Part shown: positions 50,128-59,479 of the stretch, piece by piece
Layout: every line of letters starts with the position of its first letter
How positions within the stretch are numbered: the first letter of the stretch is position 1
NCBI GenBank assembly: GCA_023957245.1
Contig: JAMLHJ010000005.1
Location: 309 to 64,308 of the forward strand
Length of the DNA: 64,000 bases
Direction: 5' to 3'
From: Chitinophagales bacterium
GTDB lineage: Bacteria; Bacteroidota; Bacteroidia; Chitinophagales; JADIYW01
Program-made: the position numbers and the translations under genes
Notes under the pieces: generated by a model
What the model saw: the letters and a program-made list of their open reading frames with translations, nothing else
What the model was told of the DNA's origin: nothing
The model's database searches: none

Positions 50128-50505
50128 CATCTTTTAGAGATTAATCTCTAAATCTCAAACTTCGACAACCTCATTTACATCTCTTGACTTGTCCTTGTTC
50201 CATTTAGCGTTATTTTAAGTAGCTGATTATCAGATGATGTGGCAATTAATTTAGTGCCGTAAAAAGCACTAAGCATTTTTTGCTGAAATTTCAGATAAAT
50301 GTCTCAATTGAATTATTTTAAACTTATTGATGCCATTCACCATTTTCCTTATAATCAGACTGGTAAGAGCCAATTGGAGTTTGACCTTAGATATCCTTAT
50401 CTAAAGAATAGTTAAATGCTATTGTTAAAATATATTAAGATTTCTCTAATGAAATAAAAAACTATATAGATTTAAATATCATTTTTAACCCTAAATTCAT
50501 TTTTT

Positions 50506-51009
50506 ATGAGAACACTCAATTTTATTATTTTATTATCAAGCCTATTAATTTTTAATGCTTGCAAAAAAGATGAAAGCTCCAACAAAGCAGCTGAACTACA
50601 AGCAGGGCATAGCATGGTAACGCTAACTGCTTCAGGTGCTACTTCTGGAGATTTCAAATCCAATGATCTGACAAGTCTAGTTTCGAAGTCTGGTTTCGAG
50701 ATTAATTTAAGTGCGAGTTCAGTTAACACCTCCACTTTATCCACTGAGATGGTTATGATGTTATTACCCGCAGATATTACAGCTGGGACTTATAACCTAA
50801 AAACAATGCCTTCTTCTGCTGTATTACCTACTTTTTCATATATGAAAGGATCTACAGGTTGGGCTGCTGCTCCAACAGATAACTTCACTATCGTAGTATC
50901 AAAAGCTACTTCAACAGAAATTGAAGGCACTTTTAGTGGCACACTACATAATGATTCAGATGGCACAGATGTAACAATAAGTAAAGGCACTTTTGCTGCG
51001 AAATACTAG
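50506..51009 (+). CDS. hypothetical lipoprotein
   Basis: 167 aa with lipobox LLIFNAC. S/T-rich. A terminator hairpin follows. Confidence 0.6.
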   Translation: MRTLNFIILLSSLLIFNACKKDESSNKAAELQAGHSMVTLTASGATSGDFKSNDLTSLVSKSGFEINLSASSVNTSTLSTEMVMMLLPADITAGTYNLKTMPSSAVLPTFSYMKGSTGWAAAPTDNFTIVVSKATSTEIEGTFSGTLHNDSDGTDVTISKGTFAAKY

Positions 51010-51053
51010 AAACAAATTTTAATTTAGTTAGAATTTAATCTTTTAAATTCAAC

Positions 51054-51082
51054 AAAAAGGGTATCAATTTGATGCCCTTTTT
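51054..51082. terminator. rho-independent terminator candidate (bidirectional context)
   Basis: AAAAAGGGTATCAA-TT-TGATGCCCTTTTT lies between two convergent genes. Confidence 0.7.
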
Positions 51083-51155
51083 GAATTTTTATACAAATCC
51101 GAAATTTTACTACTTTATCAATTCCAATAGTCTTAACATCTTATTGGTCTATAAA

Positions 51156-52043
51156 TTAATCTCTAAATCTTTTCACTAAATCTCCATAGTTCTCGATACG
51201 TCTATCTCTCAAAAAAGGCCAAATTCTACGCACTTTTTCAGAGCGCACCCTGTCGATTTCAATCACATCAGACACAGCAATATCATTAGGAGCACGATAA
51301 AGCAATTCTCCTTGTGGGCCAGCTACAAAACTCTGCCCCCAAAATTGTATTCCATTCGTCACACCACTCCAATCTGGCTCATGCCCTACTCTATTGACTA
51401 CTATCACTGGTAGGCCATTGGCAACTGCATGACCTCTTTGTACAATTTCCCATGCACCATGTTGACGATTTTTCTCTGACAATTCATCAGTGCTTTCCCA
51501 ACCAATCGCAGTCGGATAAATCAACAACTCTGCTCCTGCCAATGCCATCAATCGAGCGGCTTCAGGAAACCATTGATCCCAGCAAACCAGCACACCTAAT
51601 TTTCCAACGGAAGTATGAATAGGTTCAAAACCAATATCTCCAGGCGTAAAATAAAATTTTTCATAATATGCAGGATCATCAGGGATATGCATCTTTCTAT
51701 ATTTTCCAGCAACACTACCATCTTTATCAAAAACAACAGAAGTATTGTGATATAATCCAGCAGCTCTTTTCTCAAATAGAGAAGAAACTAGAACAACTTG
51801 ATTTTCTTTAGCAGCTTGGCTAAAAATTTCAGTATCTTCTCCTGGTATAGGCAATGCCAAATCAAACATATCAGTATCTTCTACCTGACAGAAATATATT
51901 CCAGTATGAAGTTCTTGAAGTACTACCAATTGAGCTCCTTTTTCTGCACAAGATTTAATTCCATCGAGGCTTTTCTGAATATTCTCCAATCGGTTTGTAC
52001 CACATGAATGTTGTACGATACCTACTTTTAAGTTATTTGCCAT
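51156..52043 (-). CDS. aguB: carbon-nitrogen hydrolase, N-carbamoylputrescine amidase-like
   Basis: CN-hydrolase triad context (VLQELH..., YRKMHIP, VLVCWDQWFPE). The start is set at MANNLKVGIVQ. The track ORF adds 19 hydrophobic aa upstream. The symbol rests on family resemblance only. Confidence 0.8.
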   Translation of the reverse strand: MANNLKVGIVQHSCGTNRLENIQKSLDGIKSCAEKGAQLVVLQELHTGIYFCQVEDTDMFDLALPIPGEDTEIFSQAAKENQVVLVSSLFEKRAAGLYHNTSVVFDKDGSVAGKYRKMHIPDDPAYYEKFYFTPGDIGFEPIHTSVGKLGVLVCWDQWFPEAARLMALAGAELLIYPTAIGWESTDELSEKNRQHGAWEIVQRGHAVANGLPVIVVNRVGHEPDWSGVTNGIQFWGQSFVAGPQGELLYRAPNDIAVSDVIEIDRVRSEKVRRIWPFLRDRRIENYGDLVKRFRD

Positions 52044-52156
52044 AGCTATATTATCAAGTATCACAAAAATACAGATTAAATAAAGACTTGACAAATTCAA
52101 TCATGAAATTGGCAATATACTTAACGGTATAAATTGGGAAGTCATTCCCTGAAAAA

Positions 52157-53020
52157 TTATTTAAAAGAGGCTTGAGAAGCTTTTTCTTCCTTCTGTTCCT
52201 CCATCTTTATTTCCCTTATTTTTCTAGCATCAGCAATCAGACTTTCAATTTCTCTTTTGACTTTTGCTACATCTTGTCCCAATTGGTAATCATGGTCATC
52301 CATATCATCAAAATACATCGGTTTACCTATTTTGATAATCACTTTAGATTTGAAAAAATAAGGCACTAGCAATGGTGCAGCTGGAAATCTTAAGAATTTC
52401 TCCAAAAAATCAACATTGCCAAAGTTGTACATAATTTCTTCACATCCAGCAATGCCCACAGGAATAATTGGCGATTGAGTCTTTTTAGCCATATACATAA
52501 ATCCATTCCCAAATCTTTGAAGGCGATACCTCTTAGACCAAGGTTTGGAAATGCCCTTGGCTCCTTCAGGAAAGACCATCACAGCCTCATCATTATTGAG
52601 CATTTTGATACAATTTTCTACATCCCCCAATGCTCCACCCATCTGACTGAACCAAATACTAAAAAATGGAATTGTAGGGATAAATCTTTCATACATTCCC
52701 TTACTTGCACGAGGGGCCAATGGGTTTTTAGCCAATGCATATCCTAGTAAAATAGCATCTATGGGCAGTTGTCCACTATGATTGGCTATGACTAAACAGC
52801 GTCCAGTTGCAGGAATATTTTCGTAACCTTCGACTTCGACTTCAAAATAATCTTCATACATGAATCGACCTAAGGCAATAAATTGCTTGATAGTTTTAAT
52901 ATTGAAACCCCATGCATCAAACCCATATTTTCCTATCTCATTAGGAAATTTGTTTAACATCTCATCTGTATCTTTGCTTTTGGGCAAAAAATCAAGAAAT
53001 TTATCTAATATGCTGCTCAT
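52157..53020 (-). CDS. lysophospholipid acyltransferase (PlsC-like) family protein
   Basis: 287 aa. The VIANHSGQLPIDA block (HX4-5D-type), FPEGAKG and IIPVGIAG blocks are typical of the PlsC superfamily. Confidence 0.78.
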   Translation of the reverse strand: MSSILDKFLDFLPKSKDTDEMLNKFPNEIGKYGFDAWGFNIKTIKQFIALGRFMYEDYFEVEVEGYENIPATGRCLVIANHSGQLPIDAILLGYALAKNPLAPRASKGMYERFIPTIPFFSIWFSQMGGALGDVENCIKMLNNDEAVMVFPEGAKGISKPWSKRYRLQRFGNGFMYMAKKTQSPIIPVGIAGCEEIMYNFGNVDFLEKFLRFPAAPLLVPYFFKSKVIIKIGKPMYFDDMDDHDYQLGQDVAKVKREIESLIADARKIREIKMEEQKEEKASQASFK

Positions 53021-53072
53021 AAGATGTTTTAAATTAATAGATTTAATTGAAAGTTTCTTAATTTCAAAAGTA

Positions 53073-54146
53073 GTGAAAAAATTAATTCCTTTTTTAATAT
53101 TAATAATTACATTTTTTTATGGATGTAAAAATGCTTCTATCGTACAGCAAACCACTCCTTCTGCTAATATAGAAAAGAGCGCTGAGAGTGACTTTAGAAT
53201 CATGACATATAATGTAGAAAATCTTTTTGATTTATATGATGACACTTTAAAAAAAGATGACGATTTTCTCCCTTGGGGAATGTATAAATGGAATGCAGAG
53301 CGATATCAAACTAAATTAAAAAAGATTTTTAAAGTCATTACCAATCTCAGTGAATGGGAATATCCTGCATTAATAGCACTGACAGAAATCGAAAATCAAA
53401 GGGTATTGGAAGACCTTGTTCAAGCGACTCCCTTGACTGAATCTGATTTTAATATTATCCATGAAGAATCTCCAGATGAACGAGGAATAGACGTTGCTTT
53501 GCTCTATCGCCGTTCTTTATTTAGACCAATACAACATCAGATTATTCCTGTCACAATGCCTCAAGATCCTCATTTCAAAACTAGAGATATCTTGTATGTC
53601 AGTGGCATAATTAACAAAACAGATACTTTGCACTTTTTCGTCGTTCATTTTCCGTCTAGAAGAGGAGGTGAAGCTATCAGTGAACCCAAAAGAATATTAG
53701 CCGCAGAAAAAGTAAGGGCAAAATGTGATAGTATTTTAAATAAACAAGCGCAAGCCAATATCATCATTACAGGAGATTTTAATGATGAGCCGAGCAATGC
53801 AAGCGTTTATGAGGTACTAAGAGGAAAAGGTGATTTGAATGAGATGCAAGATGGGGACTTTTTCAATATGATGTATGCAGCACACAAAAAGGGACATGGC
53901 TCCTATAAATTTCAGTCATCATGGAATATGTTGGACCAATATATTATCAGTCCAGCATTATTGAACCCCGACCATTCTATCTATACGACTACGACCTCTG
54001 CACATATTTTTCAACCAGATTGGCTCTCTGTTAAAGATGATGTATATCCTGGTGTCAAACCTAATAGAACATACAGTGGGCCTAGTTATTTAGGAGGTTA
54101 TAGCGACCATTACCCTATATTTATGGATATTTTCTTTAAAAAATAA
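53073..54146 (+). CDS. endonuclease/exonuclease/phosphatase (EEP) family lipoprotein
   Basis: FRIMTYNVENLFD, LTEIEN, TGDFND and SDHYPI motifs. The start is set at GTG 53073, giving the lipoprotein signal (M)KKLIPFLILIITFFYGC. An alternative ATG lies at 53010. The track start at 52860 overlaps the divergent gene by 160 nt. Confidence 0.8.
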   Translation: MKKLIPFLILIITFFYGCKNASIVQQTTPSANIEKSAESDFRIMTYNVENLFDLYDDTLKKDDDFLPWGMYKWNAERYQTKLKKIFKVITNLSEWEYPALIALTEIENQRVLEDLVQATPLTESDFNIIHEESPDERGIDVALLYRRSLFRPIQHQIIPVTMPQDPHFKTRDILYVSGIINKTDTLHFFVVHFPSRRGGEAISEPKRILAAEKVRAKCDSILNKQAQANIIITGDFNDEPSNASVYEVLRGKGDLNEMQDGDFFNMMYAAHKKGHGSYKFQSSWNMLDQYIISPALLNPDHSIYTTTTSAHIFQPDWLSVKDDVYPGVKPNRTYSGPSYLGGYSDHYPIFMDIFFKK

Positions 54147-54375
54147 TTCCCATCTAGGTTCAAATCTATCATTATTGCAAAAGTTGTCTTTAGCATACTA
54201 AACTTTATATCCTACTCAAAAGTCTCATACGATTTGTAGTAATAAATAAATATTTTAGAAAAAGTACTATCTTAGGAATAAAATATTCACTATAGAATTG
54301 AGGTAAATATTTAGACTTTAAAAAGCCAATGTAGAAGGGATACACAAGTATTATTTAAAATAGTAAATTTACAAA

Positions 54376-55152
54376 GTGGAGGAACAAGGATATATAGAAT
54401 TGAAGATCAATGGATTCAATGAAGATAATCTATTAGAACCAAAAGACCTTGACATTACTGAGATTAAAGAAATCATCAGTGACATAGAGTCCTTTTTGTA
54501 TCCATCAAGAGCTGAAAAATCTGAACGTCCACATATTTCTTATAAATTAGAAAAGGGTTCTGTTAGAAATATTTTTCATCTACCTATTTCCGCAGTATTA
54601 CTTTTTAATGGATTATGTTCAGAAATAAAAAATAGACAGAATATAGATTTTTTAGACAATAAAAGGGCAGAGATTATTGATAAATTTCAGCGTAAAGCTA
54701 CTGAAAGAAATTTAGAATTTTCATTTAACAGTTCCACTGCCCAAAAAGCCATCTTAAAAATCAATAAAGATACATCCTATTTTAAGGTAGTCGCTTCATA
54801 TATCGATACGGAGTTTATTTTATATGGGAAAATTAATGAAGAAGGTGGAAACAATCCTAATTTTCATATTTTGACTAAAGAGTATGGAAAATTAATAGTA
54901 AGCGCAACCGAACGTCAACTTTTAGAAGGAGAAAAACGGTTATTTAAAGTTTATGGAATCAGAGCTAAAGGCAAGCAAAGTCTTTCAGACAAGAAACCTT
55001 ATGACCTGAAATTAATAGATTATATTACTTACAACCCTAACTATGATGAACACAAGTTGGATTTACTGATTGAAAGAGCTTCAACAAAATGGAATTCCAT
55101 CCCCAATGTTGATTTATGGCTTGAACAAATAAGAGGAGGTTCAAATGGATAG
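54376..55152 (+). CDS. uncharacterised 258-aa protein, upstream partner of the PIN-domain protein
   Basis: A long ORF whose only possible starts are non-ATG (GTG 54376 or TTG 54400). It has no internal Met. Its stop overlaps the PIN gene start by 8 nt. No family or DNA-binding motif recognised. Confidence 0.65.
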   Translation: MEEQGYIELKINGFNEDNLLEPKDLDITEIKEIISDIESFLYPSRAEKSERPHISYKLEKGSVRNIFHLPISAVLLFNGLCSEIKNRQNIDFLDNKRAEIIDKFQRKATERNLEFSFNSSTAQKAILKINKDTSYFKVVASYIDTEFILYGKINEEGGNNPNFHILTKEYGKLIVSATERQLLEGEKRLFKVYGIRAKGKQSLSDKKPYDLKLIDYITYNPNYDEHKLDLLIERASTKWNSIPNVDLWLEQIRGGSNG

Positions 55153-55615
55153 TATTTTAATAGATACTTCTTTTTGTATTCGATTGCTAAAAAGCAATGA
55201 CACTTTACACCAAAATGCAAAAGACTATTTTAAATACTTCTTAGAAAAGAAAATTGAAATCTACCTTTCCACTATAGTTATTGCAGAATACTCAGTAAAA
55301 GACGACCCTATTAACTTGCCTATAGAGTTTGTAAAAGTTATTCCATTTGATTTCTTTGACGGAAAAACTGCAGGTGAATTTCACTCTATTTTACTGAATC
55401 ACAAGGAACAAGTCGCAAATATTGAACGAAATGTAATAAAAGATGATTGTAAGTTGATGGCACAATTGTACAATAGAAAAATACAAGGCTACATTACTAA
55501 AGATAGAAAATCATTTAATCAGATTATTTCACCATTGCAAGCAGTTAAAGATTTTCCAATCGTATTGTTAGATTTAGAAATACCATTGAAAGATTTTAAA
55601 GGAGAACTATTTTAA
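55145..55615 (+). CDS. PIN-domain (VapC-like) ribonuclease
   Basis: 156 aa. Acidic residues are spaced as in PIN domains: D7 (ILIDTS), E48 (VIAEYS), D100/D101 (IKDDCK) and D120 (ITKDRKSF). An AGGAGG lies 6 nt upstream of the ATG. Confidence 0.78.
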   Translation: MDSILIDTSFCIRLLKSNDTLHQNAKDYFKYFLEKKIEIYLSTIVIAEYSVKDDPINLPIEFVKVIPFDFFDGKTAGEFHSILLNHKEQVANIERNVIKDDCKLMAQLYNRKIQGYITKDRKSFNQIISPLQAVKDFPIVLLDLEIPLKDFKGELF

Positions 55616-55619
55616 TGTT

Positions 55620-56285
55620 CTACAAAAATCCTTGCATCGCTTTCACCACACCTTTAATATCTAAATCCATTGGGAAATGCCCTCCATCCACTTCGACATA
55701 AGGTTCATCAGGCGATCTGACTAGCTTATCCGATTTGGAATGGATACGCAAAGGATGAGGAAGGACAGACAATGGTTTTTCATCTAATGCCAGCACCATG
55801 CTTATTTTAAATAATTCTTCATTATTAAAATCTTTCATTTGCAACATTGCCCTTTCCATTGGGACAGCGACGGGTTTGCCTTTGACTTTATCCAACATAT
55901 ATTTTCTCGCATATCTACTCCCCGTAAACCCTGAAATGCTTAAAAATGGTGTAGTGAACCATGGATAGGAAAGAGGATGAACCACTTTGCCACAATCACT
56001 AAATCCTGCAATCATACAGATTTCATTTCCAATAATTTCTCTGATTAAAAAAGCAAAATATCCACCAGTAGAATGTCCTACCAATTTATCTTCAGGTTGT
56101 ATTCCATAATGTTTGATAATCAACTTGACTATTTCCCATCCACTAGTATTGAAAAAAGGAACTTGAGAAAGGATTTTTCGATAATCTACATGCTTGATTT
56201 CATAATCTTTCAAATAGGGAATCAATGGGTCGTAGGCTTCTGAATTTTCTCCAAACCCAGGAAATAAAAATATCCTTTGGTTCAT
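55620..56285 (-). CDS. alpha/beta hydrolase
   Basis: 221 aa. Nucleophile elbow VGHSTGG and a C-terminal GGHFPM. Its start overlaps the SDR stop by 1 nt. Confidence 0.7.
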   Translation of the reverse strand: MNQRIFLFPGFGENSEAYDPLIPYLKDYEIKHVDYRKILSQVPFFNTSGWEIVKLIIKHYGIQPEDKLVGHSTGGYFAFLIREIIGNEICMIAGFSDCGKVVHPLSYPWFTTPFLSISGFTGSRYARKYMLDKVKGKPVAVPMERAMLQMKDFNNEELFKISMVLALDEKPLSVLPHPLRIHSKSDKLVRSPDEPYVEVDGGHFPMDLDIKGVVKAMQGFL

Positions 56286-57106
56286 TAAGAAAGCATTTTA
56301 TTCATTCCCCAATTGATTAATTTAGTATAGTTTTGAGGCATCACTCTTGTCATCCAATCAAAAAGATAAGCTTCTTCTCCAATAAGAATTTTGTAATCTT
56401 TCTTTTTGACAGCAGTAAGAATGACATTGGCAGCTCTCTCTGGTGAATGAGCAAGCATCTTTTTGAAATTTTCCACTTCTTTCCGTTTTTTGACATCATC
56501 TCCAGCATCTTTCAAGGCATCTTCAGCGATATTGGTATTAATTCCTCCTGGATGTACGCAATACACCTCCACACTTGAACCTTCCATCTCTGCTCTCAAA
56601 GATTCGGTAAAGCCTCTAACTGCAAATTTAGTTGTACAATAAGGCAGTTGCTCAGGGATACCAGCTATACCAAAAATACTTGAAATATTAACAACGACAG
56701 CTTCTGGCCTTTTCATGAGATGAGGCAATGCTTCTTTCGTGCCATAGATTACTCCCCAAAGATTTACTCCCATGATTCTTTCCCATTCAGGATAAGATAA
56801 TTCTAATAAAGTCTTTTTACCCAAAGCAATACCAGCATTATTGAATATCATATCTATATGACCAAAATTTTGAAGTGAATCAGCAATAAATGATTGTACT
56901 TCTTCCAATGCTGCTACATTGCTCTTTTTAGAAAAAACTTTAGCCCCTAATGTTTCAGATTTTGCTACTGTTTCTTTCAGACCATCTTCATTAATATCTG
57001 TCAAAGATAAACTTGCGCCTTCCTTAGCCAATTGATAAGCTATTGCTCTTCCAATGCCTGAGCCAGCTCCTGTGATTACAGCTACTTTGTTTTTAAAACT
57101 TTTCAT
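56285..57106 (-). CDS. short-chain dehydrogenase/reductase (SDR)
   Basis: 273 aa. TGAGSGIGRA cofactor motif, NNAG, and the YCTTK catalytic YxxxK. Confidence 0.9.
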   Translation of the reverse strand: MKSFKNKVAVITGAGSGIGRAIAYQLAKEGASLSLTDINEDGLKETVAKSETLGAKVFSKKSNVAALEEVQSFIADSLQNFGHIDMIFNNAGIALGKKTLLELSYPEWERIMGVNLWGVIYGTKEALPHLMKRPEAVVVNISSIFGIAGIPEQLPYCTTKFAVRGFTESLRAEMEGSSVEVYCVHPGGINTNIAEDALKDAGDDVKKRKEVENFKKMLAHSPERAANVILTAVKKKDYKILIGEEAYLFDWMTRVMPQNYTKLINWGMNKMLS

Positions 57107-57789
57107 ATAGTTTGGTTTAAAATGTTTTTTATTGTTTCAATGATGTTTTTCTGCCATACTTGCCTATCAATATGGAAATCTGAAATCGAATCTTTCATTA
57201 TTTCTTTAAAATAGGAATCTGCTACGCTCAATTTTTCATATCCCAGCATGATAGACCATAAATTGGCAAAGATGATTTTCGCATCTGTCTGATTAAGAAT
57301 ACTCCCCTCTTTCTGACCTTTTTCTATCAACTCTACCAATAAAGAAGTGGTCAAAAATTGAGACATTAGTATCTCTTGATAATAGGAGCTTTCTCTCATT
57401 CCAGTTGTAATACCCGTCTCAAAACCAATCTGTCTTGAAGGATGTGACATGCTGAGATATTCCGTAATAGCATGTTGCAGTTCAGGATAATCTTCAATCA
57501 TTTTGAAATAAAAATTCAAAAAAATGACTATCTGCTCTTTAGAATTTTGATCTTTTATAGCATTGAGTAATTGTTCAGTATTTTCATGAATTTTCAAGAT
57601 TGAATAATGAACTAATGCCATAAATAAGTCTTCTTTATTCTTAAAATAAAAATATAAAACACCCTTACTGACACCTGCTTCTTTGGCAATATGTTCCATT
57701 TTGGTTCCATGAAAACCTTGGAAATAAAATACTTTTGTTGCTGTTTGCAAAAGAAAATCTATCTTCTTATTTCGATGCTTCATGTTCAT
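57103..57789 (-). CDS. TetR/AcrR family transcriptional regulator
   Basis: 228 aa. N-terminal HTH FYFQGFHGTKMEHIAKEAGVSKGVLYFYFKNKEDLF. A 4-nt ATGA overlap joins it to the SDR gene. Confidence 0.9.
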   Translation of the reverse strand: MNMKHRNKKIDFLLQTATKVFYFQGFHGTKMEHIAKEAGVSKGVLYFYFKNKEDLFMALVHYSILKIHENTEQLLNAIKDQNSKEQIVIFLNFYFKMIEDYPELQHAITEYLSMSHPSRQIGFETGITTGMRESSYYQEILMSQFLTTSLLVELIEKGQKEGSILNQTDAKIIFANLWSIMLGYEKLSVADSYFKEIMKDSISDFHIDRQVWQKNIIETIKNILNQTI

Positions 57790-57810
57790 AGATAATTGAA
57801 TTTATAAATA

Positions 57811-57826
57811 TTGACCGGAAAGTCAA
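57811..57826. promoter_or_regulatory. inverted repeat TTGAC-N6-GTCAA, candidate operator upstream of tetR
   Basis: TTGACCGGAAAGTCAA lies 22 nt upstream of the tetR start codon. Confidence 0.4.
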
Positions 57827-57872
57827 AATTTTTTCAATAATATTTATTCCAAATAATTCAATAGAATATTAT

Positions 57873-57893
57873 TTCTAATGACGGTCATTAGAA
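57873..57893. promoter_or_regulatory. perfect 10-bp-arm palindrome, candidate TetR operator
   Basis: TTCTAATGAC-G-GTCATTAGAA lies about 85-105 nt upstream of the tetR start. Confidence 0.45.
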
Positions 57894-58192
57894 AAGTGCA
57901 TTTAAAATTAATTGATAAATATAGCCCCACAACACACAATACTTTCATTTTCAGAGGCTACATTTATGAACATAGGGCTACCCAAACTGGCAGCTATATT
58001 GATTAAAGTAGTTTCTCAACACCAATCTGCCCAAAACACACGTATGCCTCACTCAGTCACGCTGACGAATACCAAAAAGTTCTCCTTGATTCCAGAAAGT
58101 AGCCTTTGAAAATATGAGATGTCAAGATTGAAATACTACATGAATGTAGTATGTGCTAGAAAGAAGCAGAAAAGTAGGAGAAAATTGTTGCG

Positions 58193-58558
58193 TTAGGACT
58201 TATCTCTTTGTTCTTTGATGAGTTTTTCTAATTGGTCAATTCTTTTTTCTATGGTATCAAATTTTTGAATTAGGTCAGGAGGATAATTATACTGCTTATG
58301 AAAATATCCTTGAGAATGAGGTTGAGATTGTGAGTGATTTATAAAGTTAAATACCTGCTTTTCATCAAAAGTAAGAATGTCTAAATAGTTAACTTCAAGA
58401 ACTTCAGAAATAGATTGCAATTTATCTAATGTAAGTGGAATTTCATCTCTTTCTAATCTGCTATAATTTGCTGCTGACATTTCTAAATGTACAGCCATAT
58501 ATTCCTGAGTATAGTTTTTGAATTCTCTTAGCTTTTTGATTTTGTGACCCACTTTCAT
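58193..58558 (-). CDS. XRE-family helix-turn-helix transcriptional regulator
   Basis: HTH_3 pattern KIKKLREFKNYTQEYMAVHLEMSAANYSRLERDEIPLTLDKLQSISEVL. The start is set at the ATG (MKVGHKIK). The track ORF extends to a TTG at 58609. Confidence 0.85.
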   Translation of the reverse strand: MKVGHKIKKLREFKNYTQEYMAVHLEMSAANYSRLERDEIPLTLDKLQSISEVLEVNYLDILTFDEKQVFNFINHSQSQPHSQGYFHKQYNYPPDLIQKFDTIEKRIDQLEKLIKEQRDKS

Positions 58559-58756
58559 ATCCACATATATTCTTTCTATAAAAGTAGGTTGTTTATTTTG
58601 ATTCAGCAATGAAGTTGTATTATTTCAATAAAAAACGGAGTAATTTTTTCTAATATGCACGTGACGTATATATGTCAATCTTAATGTAGAATGTTTGCAT
58701 TATATACAAGATAAACATATTGGCTTATTTTTATTTTTACGCAAATGTAATTAACT

Positions 58757-59458
58757 ATGAAAAATTTTATGCGTGTACAGTGCAGCTATGCTTTCCTAAA
58801 TGCTATTTGCCTAATTACTTTTTTAACAGTTTTTTCATCTGACAGTCTGGCTCAGAGTTTTGCTTCTGTATCTGTAGGATATGGAACACAAAAAATCGCT
58901 GTCAGAGGGGATTTTAATGTATCGGAAAGCCTTATAAATGTGGACAATTCCTCTACCCGTGTTTATATTGAGCTGGGTGGCGACTGGCAAAAATTTGAGC
59001 AGGAGACTTTTCTGTTTAATCGAATCCCATATAAGTCCAATGTATGGATGTTGGGAATTGGTGCAGGTATCGGTCAAGAATTCATCTTCAAAGATGTTTT
59101 TGTATTGTATCCGTATTTCGGCATTTACTACAAATATGCAAGATTTACAGATCAGGCTTTGGTAGAAGCGATAGGTACTCAGGGCATTCAGAGGTATGTA
59201 AATAATTATACTCGTGCCGTGGGCAAAGTAGTGAATAACGGATATGGAAACTTATTTACAGTTGACTTAGGTACTCGCATTGGGTTTCGCATAAAAGACA
59301 AATTTGAAATAGGCGGCACAGTTGGCTTGTGTCCGCAAAGATTCAGCACTCCTAATACGCTTTTTGGTAGATACTGGGCTGAGAAGCCATACGAAAATGA
59401 GTTGTATATCAAGCGTAGCTTACTGAAAGCTGAAGCTAGTCTGAAATTTCATTTCTGA
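58757..59458 (+). CDS. putative outer-membrane beta-barrel protein
   Basis: 233 aa with a signal peptide ending in SLAQS. It shows an alternating hydrophobic beta-strand pattern, is G/Y-rich, and has a C-terminal aromatic residue (LKFHF). Confidence 0.6.
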   Translation: MKNFMRVQCSYAFLNAICLITFLTVFSSDSLAQSFASVSVGYGTQKIAVRGDFNVSESLINVDNSSTRVYIELGGDWQKFEQETFLFNRIPYKSNVWMLGIGAGIGQEFIFKDVFVLYPYFGIYYKYARFTDQALVEAIGTQGIQRYVNNYTRAVGKVVNNGYGNLFTVDLGTRIGFRIKDKFEIGGTVGLCPQRFSTPNTLFGRYWAEKPYENELYIKRSLLKAEASLKFHF

Positions 59459-59479
59459 TAAAATATAAATGATTAGTAC

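Noticed and set aside
50290-50420. 38-aa ORF (MSQLNYFKLIDAIHHFPYNQTGKSQLEFDLRYPYLKNS) and nearby hairpins in the 380-bp spacer before the 50506 lipoprotein gene, considered as an IS or transposase remnant or a small RNA
   Set aside because: I recognise no motif, no inverted terminal repeats and no repeat copies in the window. The evidence is insufficient.
52860-53072. N-terminal 71-aa extension of the EEP-family ORF that overlaps the divergent acyltransferase gene
   Set aside because: The extension has no signal or motif content. It overlaps 160 nt of a well-supported gene on the other strand. A start at GTG 53073 instead yields a textbook lipoprotein signal.
57912-58109. 65-aa plus-strand ORF at the left edge of the GC-richer island
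   Set aside because: It has no start context, signal or motif. It lies in the probable junction and terminator region downstream of the XRE gene.
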